Notes: generated by a model from the letters alone, not told the origin. 64,000 nt of DNA from Candidatus Berkelbacteria bacterium (GCA_037142675.1 JBAXAF010000002.1:13300-77299); one strand, 5' to 3'; positions 33,005-42,998 are shown, counted from the stretch's first letter. A program made the numbers and translations.

Positions 33005-33817
33005 CTATTCCCAAATCTCTCCGGTAATACCATTTACTTTGATCTTGTCGATAGTCGTAAATTGTATACGAAGATCGCTCGGGTTGTCCTCGTCTTCTAA
33101 AAGTCCTTTGGTCATTCGTTTGGCATAGATCATGGTGGCTAGAGTCGGGCAAACAATCATGATAATCGGGAAGGTCTTGGAAATTTCATCCCATTCGTAG
33201 CCATTGTAAAGCTCTATAAAATTTTTGACTTGGCGCCTGATCGAATAACGAGGCAGAGTCGGCGCAATTATCGCAAAAAGAAAATATTCCGATATTGTCC
33301 GTTTGCTGGCTTTCTTTTTCTTGAGTCTTTTAACCACCGGATCCACTTTATATTCAGTCAAAAAGTTAAAACGATACTCGGAATTAGCCAGGTCCGTTGC
33401 GGTAGCAATCAAATAGGAGAGTTCATTTTCTTCACTAGACTCTCGGCTTCTGTTTGCCGCAATTTTCAAACCCAAAGCAATCTCCCCGACGAGCTGGCAT
33501 TTTTCGATAAAATCGGTTGAGCGGTCTTTAAGCCTATAAAACTTTCTTAGAACCTCGATCGAGCAATCATCTTGAGTTTTTAAGAATCTGATTCCATTTA
33601 ATCCCAGGTAATAGATCGCCGGTTTGGTATTTTCTCCAAACTTATTTGAATAGATTCGATTAAGGTATTCTTTTTGTGTTAGGTCTTTTAACCAGTCGTT
33701 GATTCTTTTGTGATATTTATGATTGAGGAATGCTTGAATTTGTTTTCGATCTAAGAATTTGTATTTGTATAGTAGTTTGAGTATTTCTTGTTGTTTTGTA
33801 GTTATTTTGTTGGTCAT
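33005..33817 (-). CDS. Replication-relaxation family-like protein
   Basis: N-terminal wHTH (QEILKLLYKYKFL..QIQ..L), PAIYYL; divergent from the recombinase. Confidence 0.6.
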   Translation of the reverse strand: MTNKITTKQQEILKLLYKYKFLDRKQIQAFLNHKYHKRINDWLKDLTQKEYLNRIYSNKFGENTKPAIYYLGLNGIRFLKTQDDCSIEVLRKFYRLKDRSTDFIEKCQLVGEIALGLKIAANRSRESSEENELSYLIATATDLANSEYRFNFLTEYKVDPVVKRLKKKKASKRTISEYFLFAIIAPTLPRYSIRRQVKNFIELYNGYEWDEISKTFPIIMIVCPTLATMIYAKRMTKGLLEDEDNPSDLRIQFTTIDKIKVNGITGEIWE

Positions 33818-34094
33818 TGTTTTGAATTAGTTGTTTATTTAATTTGCAATTTACCATTACTACCTACACCGACCAAACCTATATTTGTAAAGGTAAGTGA
33901 TACAAGTCGCATATCTTTTAAGGCTAAATTAAACATATTTCAGTATCAGTTCACTGATACAATTAAATACCTGATTATTCGGCTTGTCAACAGTCTTATT
34001 TAAACTTTTACCCTCTTGACATTGTGAATATAACAATAGTATACTATGAATATAATCACAATAAGGAGGGTATACGGGGACTTCTCATCTTCAA

Positions 34095-34415
34095 TTGATA
34101 GGCCAGAAAAACACCTTGTTTTCTACGGTGGAAATCAATCCCTCTGCCCATATTAAAGCTGAGAGGCCAAGGCCAGAAGCCTTAATTGCTACACATAGCA
34201 AAACCTTTGAGAGTGCCTTGAGCAGGATCTTCCCTGGCAAACAAGAGGAAACCAGGATCCAAAAGGCGCGCCTAATTATGGGAGATGATGTCAAAGATTT
34301 ATCGGATGAAGATTTAGAGGTTTTCCTTACCGAGTTTCAATATCTGATCGACTGCTGGTTAGACGAATACGAAAAACAAGTTTTCAATAACAAAACATTA
34401 AGAGAATTAATTTAA
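34095..34415 (+). CDS. Hypothetical protein upstream of the recombinase
   Basis: 106 aa; TTGACA-18-TATACT promoter at about 34016-34045. Confidence 0.6.
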   Translation: MIGQKNTLFSTVEINPSAHIKAERPRPEALIATHSKTFESALSRIFPGKQEETRIQKARLIMGDDVKDLSDEDLEVFLTEFQYLIDCWLDEYEKQVFNNKTLRELI

Positions 34416-34429
34416 TAAAGGAGGGATGA

Positions 34430-36145
34430 ATGGACTTTCCATCACCAATCAAAGGGGAGCAATCAGAAAAAGCGGTCGTTTATATTCGAGTATCGACCGA
34501 AGAGCAAGTCGAAAACTATTCGCTAGGCACTCAAGAAGAGATTTGCAGAAAAGAAGCCGATAAACGAAAGCTCGAGGTTGTGAAGGTTTTTCGCGAAGAG
34601 GGACGTTCCGCAAAGACGATTACCGGACGACCTACACTAATTGAAATGCTCGAGTATTGCCGAAAACACAAAAGAGAAATCAGTTCGGTTATTGTTTACC
34701 GACTGGATCGAGTTTCCCGTCAAACATCTGATTATTTGGTGATTAGAAGAAAACTGGTGGAATGCGAAATAGAACTAATTTCAGCCACAGAGCCAACCGG
34801 CAACAGCCCGACAGAAAAGTTTGTTGAAACTATGTTGGCCGGCTTTGCCCAGATGGATAACGATATTCGAAGCGAACGAGCCAAAAATGGGCTTAGAGCC
34901 AGATTCCAGGCTGGCTTAACCAGTTATGTAACGATGGGCTATGATAATAAAAGTGGCTATACAACAAAAAATCCCGAAACATTTGATAAGCTTCAAGCTT
35001 CTTGGCATTTATTTTCCACAGGCACGAAAACACTGCGAAATATTGCCAATATTCTAACTGAACAAGGAATTGCCCAAAGACATAAAGGCGGGCGTATGCT
35101 CCCACAGCAGGTTAACAGAATGTTTCGCAATAAATTCTATGCCGGTTATGTCATCTCTAAAAAATATGGGCAAGAAGTCCAAGGCCAGCATCCACCAATG
35201 GTTACCGAGGAATTATTCTACAAAGTCCAAGCGATTCTAGATGGTAGAAACCACAACATCTCAAGGCCGCTAGCAAAGCGCCATCGAGACAACCCGAATT
35301 TTCCCCTGCGCCGTATCGTCAAATGCGAAATTTGCGGTACTTCTTTTACTGGAGGGAAAAGCAAAGGCAAGCGCGAATACTATGGCTATTACTTTTGCCG
35401 AAACAGATGCAAAGAATCGAATGTCGCTTCGGAAAAGATAACCCATGATACCACCGACTATTTGGGTAAAATATCCCTAACAGAAAAAACCGCCAAATTG
35501 TTTAACGCTTTTCTGCGAAGAACTTATTTTAGCAGGGCTAAAACCCTACAAAAAAGACGAGAGCAGGCCGATGACGAGCTAAAAAAGTCATATGAAACAC
35601 GCCAGGCATTAATCGATAAGAATCTGACCGGCATATACTCCGACGAGATCTTTAAGGAACAAAACAATATGTTAGAGGCAAAAATAAAGAGTATTCAATT
35701 CACTAAAAACGATGAATTACTTGATAAATATGCTCTTGGGCCGATTACTCAATTTGTTGAAACCAAGCTAACCGATCTGCCGAAAACCTTTGAGACATCT
35801 ATAAAAAAAGATCCTGAACCGGATCTCGGACAGATCAGAATGCTCCTGTGTTCGATATTCCCCTCTGGAATGCCATATGGCCGAAATGGCTATTCGAACA
35901 CAGAAATCAGCCCATTTTTCAGAGCGATTTTGGACTTGCAGCCCAAGAATTCTAATCTTGTCTCGTTTGGCGGAGAGAGTGTGATTCGAACACACGAGGA
36001 TAGGTATCCATGGGTTTACCACCCATTCCCTTTGACCACTCGGGCATCTCTCCGCTTAAGACTTACAGCGAGCCGTGCCGGAGCCCAACCCGACAATCAT
36101 CTCCCCGTGACGTCGTGTCACAGCCTTGATGACATCAAACATTGA
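34430..36145 (+). CDS. Large serine recombinase (C-terminus reads through att into antisense tRNA)
   Basis: YIRVSTEEQ catalytic Ser, VYRLDRVSR, recombinase domain, CxxC Zn ribbon, coiled coil. Confidence 0.93.
   Translation: MDFPSPIKGEQSEKAVVYIRVSTEEQVENYSLGTQEEICRKEADKRKLEVVKVFREEGRSAKTITGRPTLIEMLEYCRKHKREISSVIVYRLDRVSRQTSDYLVIRRKLVECEIELISATEPTGNSPTEKFVETMLAGFAQMDNDIRSERAKNGLRARFQAGLTSYVTMGYDNKSGYTTKNPETFDKLQASWHLFSTGTKTLRNIANILTEQGIAQRHKGGRMLPQQVNRMFRNKFYAGYVISKKYGQEVQGQHPPMVTEELFYKVQAILDGRNHNISRPLAKRHRDNPNFPLRRIVKCEICGTSFTGGKSKGKREYYGYYFCRNRCKESNVASEKITHDTTDYLGKISLTEKTAKLFNAFLRRTYFSRAKTLQKRREQADDELKKSYETRQALIDKNLTGIYSDEIFKEQNNMLEAKIKSIQFTKNDELLDKYALGPITQFVETKLTDLPKTFETSIKKDPEPDLGQIRMLLCSIFPSGMPYGRNGYSNTEISPFFRAILDLQPKNSNLVSFGGESVIRTHEDRYPWVYHPFPLTTRASLRLRLTASRAGAQPDNHLPVTSCHSLDDIKH
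35968..36053 (-). tRNA. Atypical tRNA: Ser-type body with TGGTAAA anticodon loop (GTA); integration target
   Basis: GGAGAGA...TCTCTCC-GCCA; variable arm GGATA-CC-TATCC; TTCGAAT T-loop; G at position 33. Confidence 0.7.
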
Positions 36146-36161
36146 TCAGCTCGCAAACATC

Positions 36162-36266
36162 TGGAGCGGGCGACCGGATTAGTACCGGCAACCAAATGCA
36201 ACCCTGTCCTTACTGCTTTGTTGTTGCTAGCAGCAGTCGACTCAGCGGCATCCGCTCGACGCCCGC
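36162..36266 (-). ncRNA. tRNA-like RNA with a Gly-type acceptor, no D stem and an extended central helix
   Basis: GCGGGCG...CGCCCGC-TCCA; T arm GCCGG-TACTAAT-CCGGT. Confidence 0.6.
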
Positions 36267-36348
36267 TCTCCGAAAAATGTGCGGCGCCGGTTCCCAGACC
36301 GAGCCTGGGTTTCCGATCCGGGTCGGCGCCGCGAAACTTGTCAAGATT

Positions 36349-36473
36349 TGGTCGGGGCGACCAGATTTGAACTGGTGACCTTACGGGCTGCCAGGAATGA
36401 GTTTTAGCTCCTTTGCCAAGGGAAACTCAAACCGGCAGTGGACCGCACGAGCTACCAACTGCTCCACGCCCCG
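36349..36473 (-). tRNA. 125-nt Pro-type tRNA-like RNA with an about 50-nt hairpin extension or intron in the anticodon arm
   Basis: CGGGGCG...CGCCCCG-ACCA; normal D arm and TTCAAAT T arm; insert CTGCCGG..GAGTTT..AAACTC..TGGCAG. Confidence 0.7.
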
Positions 36474-36495
36474 ACCGCGAAATGCGACAAAGAAT

Positions 36496-36524
36496 AATAT
36501 AGCAGATACAGTTTTTTCTGTCAA
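36496..36524 (-). promoter_or_regulatory. Sigma70 promoter driving the tRNA-like array
   Basis: TTGACA-17-TATATT on the minus strand. Confidence 0.7.
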
Positions 36525-36784
36525 TAGTTTTGTGTTTCGTCATTGCGAGGAGCGATTAAGCAACGTGGCAATCTTTTAAATAGAGCTTGCCACGCCTCAG
36601 CCGATGGCTGATGGCTCGCAATGACAATCTTAAAGCGATTTGATTTCTGCGACATTTTTTGCTAAGTTAGGTATAGAAATTTGGGGTTTCTTTTTTTATT
36701 ACTGTCATCCCCGACCTGATCGGGGATCCACTAATAGTAGATTCCCGCCTGCGCGGGAATGACATAACCTTAAGGAGTAGAAAA

Positions 36785-39442
36785 ATGGCAATCGATGCAA
36801 AAAAGATGGTGTACTTCTTCGGCGGGAAAAAGGCCGAAGGAAACGGCAAAATGAAAGATCTCTTGGGTGGCAAAGGTGCAAACCTGGCCGAAATGGTTAA
36901 CTCTGGTGTCCCAGTTCCTCCAGGCTTTACTATTACCACAAAAGTTTGCAACCACTTTTCAGACAATAAGGGCAAGATGCCTGCTAGGTTCGACAAAGAA
37001 TATACTGAGGCTATCGCAAAGATGGAAAAAGCCGTTGATAAAAAATTCGGCGACCTAGAGAATCCACTTTTAGTTTCCGTTCGTTCCGGCGCCAAATTCT
37101 CGATGCCAGGAATGATGGATACCATTCTAAACTTAGGCCTTAATGACAAAACTGTTGCAGCTCTGGCTGCAAAATCTGGCAACCGCCGATTTGCCCTAGA
37201 CGCTTACAGAAGATTTATTCAAATGTTCTCTGGAGTTGTGCTAGAAATCGACAAAGATCTATTTGAAGAAATTTTGGATTACGTTAAAGTTGAAGCCAAA
37301 GTTAAATTGGACACAGAGCTAAAAGAAGATGATCTAGAAATCGTGATCAAAAAATATAAAGATTTAGTTAAAAAGCAAATAGGAAAAGAATTTCCAACCG
37401 ATCCTATGACTCAGTTGGCTATGGCCAGAGACGCGGTTTTTAAAAGCTGGAACAATCCACGAGCTTTCACTTACAGACGAATGAATAAGATTGCCGATGA
37501 TTTAGGCACTGCCGTTAATGTCCAGGCAATGGTTTTTGGCAATATGGGCAGTGACTCAGCAACTGGTGTTGGTTTTACTAGAAACCCTTCAACTGGAGTT
37601 AATGAATTTTACGGCGAGTACCTAACCAACGCCCAAGGAGAAGACGTAGTGGCCGGAATTCGCACACCAAAACCAATTATAGAATTGAAGAAAGAAATGC
37701 CTGCGGCTTTCAAAGAGCTCAAAGATATTACTGACAACCTAGAAAAACACTACCGTGATATTCAAGACTTTGAATTTACTATTGAGCAAGGCGTACTTTA
37801 TATGTTGCAAACTCGCGTCGGCAAACGAACAGCCCACGCTGCAATCAAAATTGCTGTTGATATGGTTAAAGAGGGCATGATTACCAAAGAAGAAGCAATT
37901 ATGAGAGTTGAGCCAGAAGGCTTGAACCAACTGCTCCACCCGGTTTTTGATGCCAAAGTGAGTTATGATGCTGTTGCCACTGGACTCCCAGCATCCCCTG
38001 GCGCTGCCGTTGGCAAAGTAGTATTTACTTCTGAAGACGCAGTTAAAAAAGCGGACGAAAAAGTTATTTTGGTTCGAACTGAAACTTGTCCGGATGATAT
38101 TTCCGGAATGGAAGTTGCACAAGGAATTCTAACTGCCAGAGGTGGAATGACCTCACACGCCGCCGTAGTCGCTCGTGGCATGGGTAAATGCTGCGTTGCC
38201 GGCTGTGAAGATATTAAGGTAGATGAAAAAGCTGGCAAATTAATCATCGCTGGAAAAACTATTAAAGAAGGCGACTATATTTCTATTAACGGTTCAACCG
38301 GTGAAGTTATTCTTGGCCAGGTTCCAACAATCGAGCCAACACTTTCTGGCGACTTTGGAACACTCATGAGCTGGGTTAACAAAACTCGCCGCCTGGGAGT
38401 TCGTTCCAACGCCGATATTCCACGAGATGCAAAAACCGCTGCCGGTTTCGGTGCTGAAGGAATTGGTCTTTGCCGAACTGAGCACATGTTCTTTGATGCT
38501 GCCAGATTGCCTCTAATGCAAAAAATGATTCTAGTTGATACCGAAGAAGACAGGCGCAAGGCGTTAGAAAAACTTTTGCCTTTCCAAAAAGAAGACTTCA
38601 AAGGATTATTTGAAGAAATGAAAGGCTACTCTGTCACCGTTCGTCTGCTTGACCCACCACTTCATGAATTTTTGCCAAAGACCAAAGAGGAAGCCAAAGA
38701 GCTTTCAAAGAAAATTGGCATTGACGAAAAAATTATTTGGAGCAAAACGCAGGACTTGCATGAATTCAACCCAATGCTTGGTCATCGCGGTTGCCGTTTG
38801 GGAATTACCTATCCGGAAATCACCGAAATGCAAACTAAGGCGATCATTTCCGCCGCTTGCGAACTTTTGAAAAAGAAAAATGTCAAAGTAGTGCCAGAAA
38901 TTATGGTGCCACTAGTTGGGAATGTTTCTGAGTTCAAAGATCAAAAAGATATTATCGACGCTACCGCTGCCGAGACAATGAAAGAGTATGGCGTTAAAGT
39001 CAAATACATGGTTGGTACCATGATCGAAGTTCCACGAGCCGCCGTTACCGCCGATGAAATAGCCGAGGTAGCCGACTTCTTCTCCTTTGGAACTAATGAC
39101 CTGACACAGATGACCTTGGGTTTCTCCCGCGATGATGCCGGCAAGTTCATTAAAGTTTACATGGACAAAAAGATCTTTGCCTCCGATCCATTCCAAACAC
39201 TAGACCAAGAAGGCGTTGGCCAGTTGGTGAAAATGGGCATTGAAAAAGGCCGAAGCGTCAAAGAAAAACTAAAGATTGGTATATGCGGCGAACATGGTGG
39301 AGACCCGGATTCAGTTAAGTTCTGCCACCGCGCCGGCATGGATTATGTTTCCTGCTCACCATACCGCGTACCAATCGCTTGTCTTGCCGCCGCCCAAGCA
39401 GTGGTTGAAGAGAGTGATGGGACCAGCTACACAAACAAATAG
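36785..39442 (+). CDS. ppdK: Pyruvate, phosphate dikinase
   Basis: Motifs LLGGKGANLAEM, GGMTSHAAVVAR, GLCRTEHMF and ICGEHGG. Confidence 0.98.
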   Translation: MAIDAKKMVYFFGGKKAEGNGKMKDLLGGKGANLAEMVNSGVPVPPGFTITTKVCNHFSDNKGKMPARFDKEYTEAIAKMEKAVDKKFGDLENPLLVSVRSGAKFSMPGMMDTILNLGLNDKTVAALAAKSGNRRFALDAYRRFIQMFSGVVLEIDKDLFEEILDYVKVEAKVKLDTELKEDDLEIVIKKYKDLVKKQIGKEFPTDPMTQLAMARDAVFKSWNNPRAFTYRRMNKIADDLGTAVNVQAMVFGNMGSDSATGVGFTRNPSTGVNEFYGEYLTNAQGEDVVAGIRTPKPIIELKKEMPAAFKELKDITDNLEKHYRDIQDFEFTIEQGVLYMLQTRVGKRTAHAAIKIAVDMVKEGMITKEEAIMRVEPEGLNQLLHPVFDAKVSYDAVATGLPASPGAAVGKVVFTSEDAVKKADEKVILVRTETCPDDISGMEVAQGILTARGGMTSHAAVVARGMGKCCVAGCEDIKVDEKAGKLIIAGKTIKEGDYISINGSTGEVILGQVPTIEPTLSGDFGTLMSWVNKTRRLGVRSNADIPRDAKTAAGFGAEGIGLCRTEHMFFDAARLPLMQKMILVDTEEDRRKALEKLLPFQKEDFKGLFEEMKGYSVTVRLLDPPLHEFLPKTKEEAKELSKKIGIDEKIIWSKTQDLHEFNPMLGHRGCRLGITYPEITEMQTKAIISAACELLKKKNVKVVPEIMVPLVGNVSEFKDQKDIIDATAAETMKEYGVKVKYMVGTMIEVPRAAVTADEIAEVADFFSFGTNDLTQMTLGFSRDDAGKFIKVYMDKKIFASDPFQTLDQEGVGQLVKMGIEKGRSVKEKLKIGICGEHGGDPDSVKFCHRAGMDYVSCSPYRVPIACLAAAQAVVEESDGTSYTNK

Positions 39443-39497
39443 CTCTGGCTAATGTAAAAAATACCACTGAATTAAACCGGTGGTATTTTTTATGTCT

Positions 39498-39884
39498 TTA
39501 TTCAGATTTATTGCAGCACTTTGTAATCTCACTGATGATTTCATCCAATCGATGCTCAGCTTTAATATAATATTTGTCTACTCCAAGTTGCATATAATGT
39601 TTAACTTTATCTGGCGATGCAGTGTTGGAAACTACAAAGATTGGAATATTTTTCCATTCATCACTCTTTTTAATTTGAGCAACAAAGTCCAATCCATCTT
39701 CCTTACCAAAAAGATAATGATCAAGCCAAATAATGTCAACTTCAACTTTATCTTTCAATAAATTCAATCCCTGCTCAACGCTTCTGGCAGAAACAACCTG
39801 AAAACCAGTAGTTTTCAGCTTAGTTGAAATTGCCTCAATCAATGGTTGTTCATCTTCCATTACTAAAACTTTTGTATCCGACAT
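39498..39884 (-). CDS. Single-domain response regulator
   Basis: VLVMEDE, WLD, DGLDF, IPIFVVSN, YIK. Confidence 0.9.
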   Translation of the reverse strand: MSDTKVLVMEDEQPLIEAISTKLKTTGFQVVSARSVEQGLNLLKDKVEVDIIWLDHYLFGKEDGLDFVAQIKKSDEWKNIPIFVVSNTASPDKVKHYMQLGVDKYYIKAEHRLDEIISEITKCCNKSE

Positions 39885-39909
39885 ATTTTTCTCCAAAATT
39901 ATTACGATT

Positions 39910-40035
39910 TTACTTCGCGGCAACGTAAATTAAATAAACAATCGCCAAAAAAGCTAAGGAAAGAACAAAAAATGTTGTCCCCAGAAAAATTGCGACTGGG
40001 GTAACATCATCTTTGGTTGTGGTTGTTTGCTCCAT
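39910..40035 (-). CDS. 41-aa single-TM peptide (not in the ORF track)
   Basis: Manually translated MEQTTTTKDDVTPVAIFLGTTFFVLSLAFLAIVYLIYVAAK; lies between kinase and regulator. Confidence 0.55.
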   Translation of the reverse strand: MEQTTTTKDDVTPVAIFLGTTFFVLSLAFLAIVYLIYVAAK

Positions 40036-40049
40036 AATAAATATATTAA

Positions 40050-42998
40050 TTATTCAATTCTTTTATCACCTTCTTTTGCTTTCATGCCAGAAAGTGGCAA
40101 GGCAACATGGAAGGTAGTGCCTTTATTTTCGGCTGAATCGAAACTAATCTTTCCACCTGAATTATCTACGATTGATTTTACAATGTAAAGCCCGAGACCT
40201 GTTCCCTCGGTATCTTTTTCCCGAACATTGTCAGCACGGAAAAGTTTGGAGAAAATTTTATCTTGCTGATCTTTTGGAATTCCGTAGCCAGAGTCTTTAA
40301 CATTAATTAAAATATTTTTATCTTTTAGCGAAATATTCGACTCAACGCTACCACCATCTGGTGTATACTTTACAGCATTGGATAATAAATTTTGCAAAAC
40401 AATTCTAACTAATTTTGGATCGGCAGAGAACTTTGGAATTTTTTCATAATTCTCTTTAATTTTTAATTTCTTGGTTTTAATTTGCGGAGTCAATTCCTCA
40501 ATAACACTCTTGGAGATTTCCACGACATCCGTTGGTTCAGGCTCAACAGAAAAAGTGCCAAGTTCAATTCGCGAAACATTGAGTAGCGAATTAACCAAAT
40601 CAACCATTCGCTGATTCCCAGCGTAAATTTTCTCAACAAATTCAGTTTGTTGTTTTGTCAACTTCCCAGCGTCACCAGCCAAGAGCATTTCTGCAAACCA
40701 ATTGACGGATGATAGTGGGGTTCGCAGCTGATGAGAAGCAAGTGAAACAAACTCAGTTTTTGCTTTATCAATTTCCCGCTCATGCGTAACATCGCGAAAT
40801 ACTACAACACAACCAATAATACTTCCATCCCTATCTTTGAGCGGTGCCGCGCTATCTGCAACAGCAATTTTTTCTCCTGCCTTTTGGGTAATTTGGGTAT
40901 GGTTTGCCATCTCCTGAACTTCTCCCGTAGTCATAGCCTTTGACATAAATTCATCATTGACTTTGCCAGTATCTTCAAAAGAAAATTTTAAAACATCCGA
41001 ATATTTTTTACCCATTGATTCCTCAACCGAATATCCCGATAGTTTTGCGGCCACGGAGTTAAAAACGATAATATTTAAGTCTTTGTCGACAACAAACACA
41101 CCGTCGCCAATGCTATGTAGTATTGCATCAATTTTATCTTTTTCATGGCCGACCTTGTCTTTCTCGTCTTCAACATCTTCCAAAATATTCAAAACCGCCT
41201 TTTGCTGGTCTTCCATAAAAGCCGACTTTTCAGTAATCTCATGTGTTTGCTCCTCAACTTTTCTATCAACCTCAGCCCTAGAGGCAATAACAGCTTTAAT
41301 CATTGCATCAAACGATTGTGAGAGCTGACCAATTTCATCATTTGAATTAATTATTACATTTTGGCTCAAGTCCCCTGCGGCAATCTTCTCGGCACTAAAT
41401 TTCAACTCCTCAATTGGTTTTGTAATTCTTGTAGAAAAGTAATATCCAACAATATAAAATATTACGACCGAACCAAGAAGCAACAAGATAAACAATTGAA
41501 TTTCAGAATTCGTAGAAGCTAGTGCTGTTGACTCCTTCTCTGCAACAATAACACACCAATTAGTTTCCTTTATTGGTAAATATGAGGCAATAACTGTGGT
41601 ATTTACAATACTTTTTCCAACAATTATTTGGGGCAAGTAGCTACTTTTGTTTTTAGCAATTTCTGCAAGACAAGCTTTTGGCGGATCAGCGTCAAGCTTT
41701 GTTTTCAATATTTCTCCATTATCATATTCAGCTAGCTGAGATATTAAATATCCGGAGCTATTCATAACAAATATTCTATCTACCGCTTCAGATTTTCCAC
41801 TATCCACAAGACCAGCGAAGAATTTGTGAATATCCACTCGGGCAGCAATAACACCGAATGTTTTTCCGCTGTCGGTCACTGGTACCGATATAGCCATTGA
41901 ATGTTCCTTCGAAACATCAGAGTAATAGACATCTTTAATATGAGTATTCTTAATCCCTTGGATAAAAATTTCATCTGATGATTTATCTTGGCCAATAGAC
42001 TCCAGACTGCTGGAAGCTACCTCTTTGCCTGTTGAGTCTATTAAAAATACCTCTTGAAAATCAAGAGAATTTGATTTTATATTGATAAGCTTTTTCTGAA
42101 CCTCATTGAAAATTTCTGAATTTGTCGCTTGGTTCGGGTTTTTAAGATAGTCAACAAAAGCTTGGGAAGTTTTTGCCATAAGCTCAACTGTGTTTTTTTG
42201 CTCACTAAGCTTCATAGTAACATGAGTGACATTACTTTCAGCTAAAGTATTAATTCTTAAATCAATTTCTGAACGCAAGTACTTTTCTGATGCGGCAATT
42301 ACAATATAGGTAGATGCGATCGATAAAATAATAAATGAAAATCCAAAAGTTAATATTATTCTCGGTCTAATTCTACTAAAACTTTTTGGCGCCGCACCAA
42401 ACAATGATTCAGTTTCTGATTTTGAGCCTACCTTGTTTGTTGCAATTCCAAAAAACAAAACTACTAAGCTTGAAATTGATAATAAATAATACATAACCTG
42501 ACTTTTCTCGGCTAATACCCCAGCAGTTGCGACAAGGATTAGGTAAGCGATGAAATACAATATTCCACTTTGCCTAAATTTTATATAGCTCCAAATTATT
42601 AGGGTTAAAATTACAACTGAAGCCATCTCAACTATTCTAGATGTCACTTCATATGATGGAATTTGCATAATATAAAGAACTTCAAGCAAGGCAGAAGCAA
42701 TAACCAGCAATATTAGTACGCTTTTCTTGTCTTTGCAATGGTTAAGTATGGCAACAAACATAACAAGTATCGACAAAATCATTACCATTTCTCCGCCCCG
42801 GAAAATGTTGTAGAGCCAAGTAATATTTGGCATAAATTTAAACAACATCTCGGAGATTGTCGAAATTACTGTGGCAGCAATCCCGACATTCAAAATTGGG
42901 ATTAAGTAATTCTTTGTGCTAGAGGTTTTTGCATATAAAAATATAAAAAGTCCGAGCGCTACTGTTGCCTGCAATATTAAAAGGAGTGTAATTGTCAT
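40050..42998 (-). CDS. Sensor histidine kinase (multi-TM, Cache, HAMP, PAS, HisKA, HATPase)
   Basis: Motifs ASHQLRTPL, NLLSNAVKY, DSGYGI and GTGLGL. Confidence 0.95.
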   Translation of the reverse strand: MTITLLLILQATVALGLFIFLYAKTSSTKNYLIPILNVGIAATVISTISEMLFKFMPNITWLYNIFRGGEMVMILSILVMFVAILNHCKDKKSVLILLVIASALLEVLYIMQIPSYEVTSRIVEMASVVILTLIIWSYIKFRQSGILYFIAYLILVATAGVLAEKSQVMYYLLSISSLVVLFFGIATNKVGSKSETESLFGAAPKSFSRIRPRIILTFGFSFIILSIASTYIVIAASEKYLRSEIDLRINTLAESNVTHVTMKLSEQKNTVELMAKTSQAFVDYLKNPNQATNSEIFNEVQKKLINIKSNSLDFQEVFLIDSTGKEVASSSLESIGQDKSSDEIFIQGIKNTHIKDVYYSDVSKEHSMAISVPVTDSGKTFGVIAARVDIHKFFAGLVDSGKSEAVDRIFVMNSSGYLISQLAEYDNGEILKTKLDADPPKACLAEIAKNKSSYLPQIIVGKSIVNTTVIASYLPIKETNWCVIVAEKESTALASTNSEIQLFILLLLGSVVIFYIVGYYFSTRITKPIEELKFSAEKIAAGDLSQNVIINSNDEIGQLSQSFDAMIKAVIASRAEVDRKVEEQTHEITEKSAFMEDQQKAVLNILEDVEDEKDKVGHEKDKIDAILHSIGDGVFVVDKDLNIIVFNSVAAKLSGYSVEESMGKKYSDVLKFSFEDTGKVNDEFMSKAMTTGEVQEMANHTQITQKAGEKIAVADSAAPLKDRDGSIIGCVVVFRDVTHEREIDKAKTEFVSLASHQLRTPLSSVNWFAEMLLAGDAGKLTKQQTEFVEKIYAGNQRMVDLVNSLLNVSRIELGTFSVEPEPTDVVEISKSVIEELTPQIKTKKLKIKENYEKIPKFSADPKLVRIVLQNLLSNAVKYTPDGGSVESNISLKDKNILINVKDSGYGIPKDQQDKIFSKLFRADNVREKDTEGTGLGLYIVKSIVDNSGGKISFDSAENKGTTFHVALPLSGMKAKEGDKRIE

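Noticed and set aside
36142-36579. Short plus-strand ORFs (36142-36378, 36397-36579)
   Set aside because: Antisense to the tRNA-like array; incidental open frames in GC-rich RNA genes
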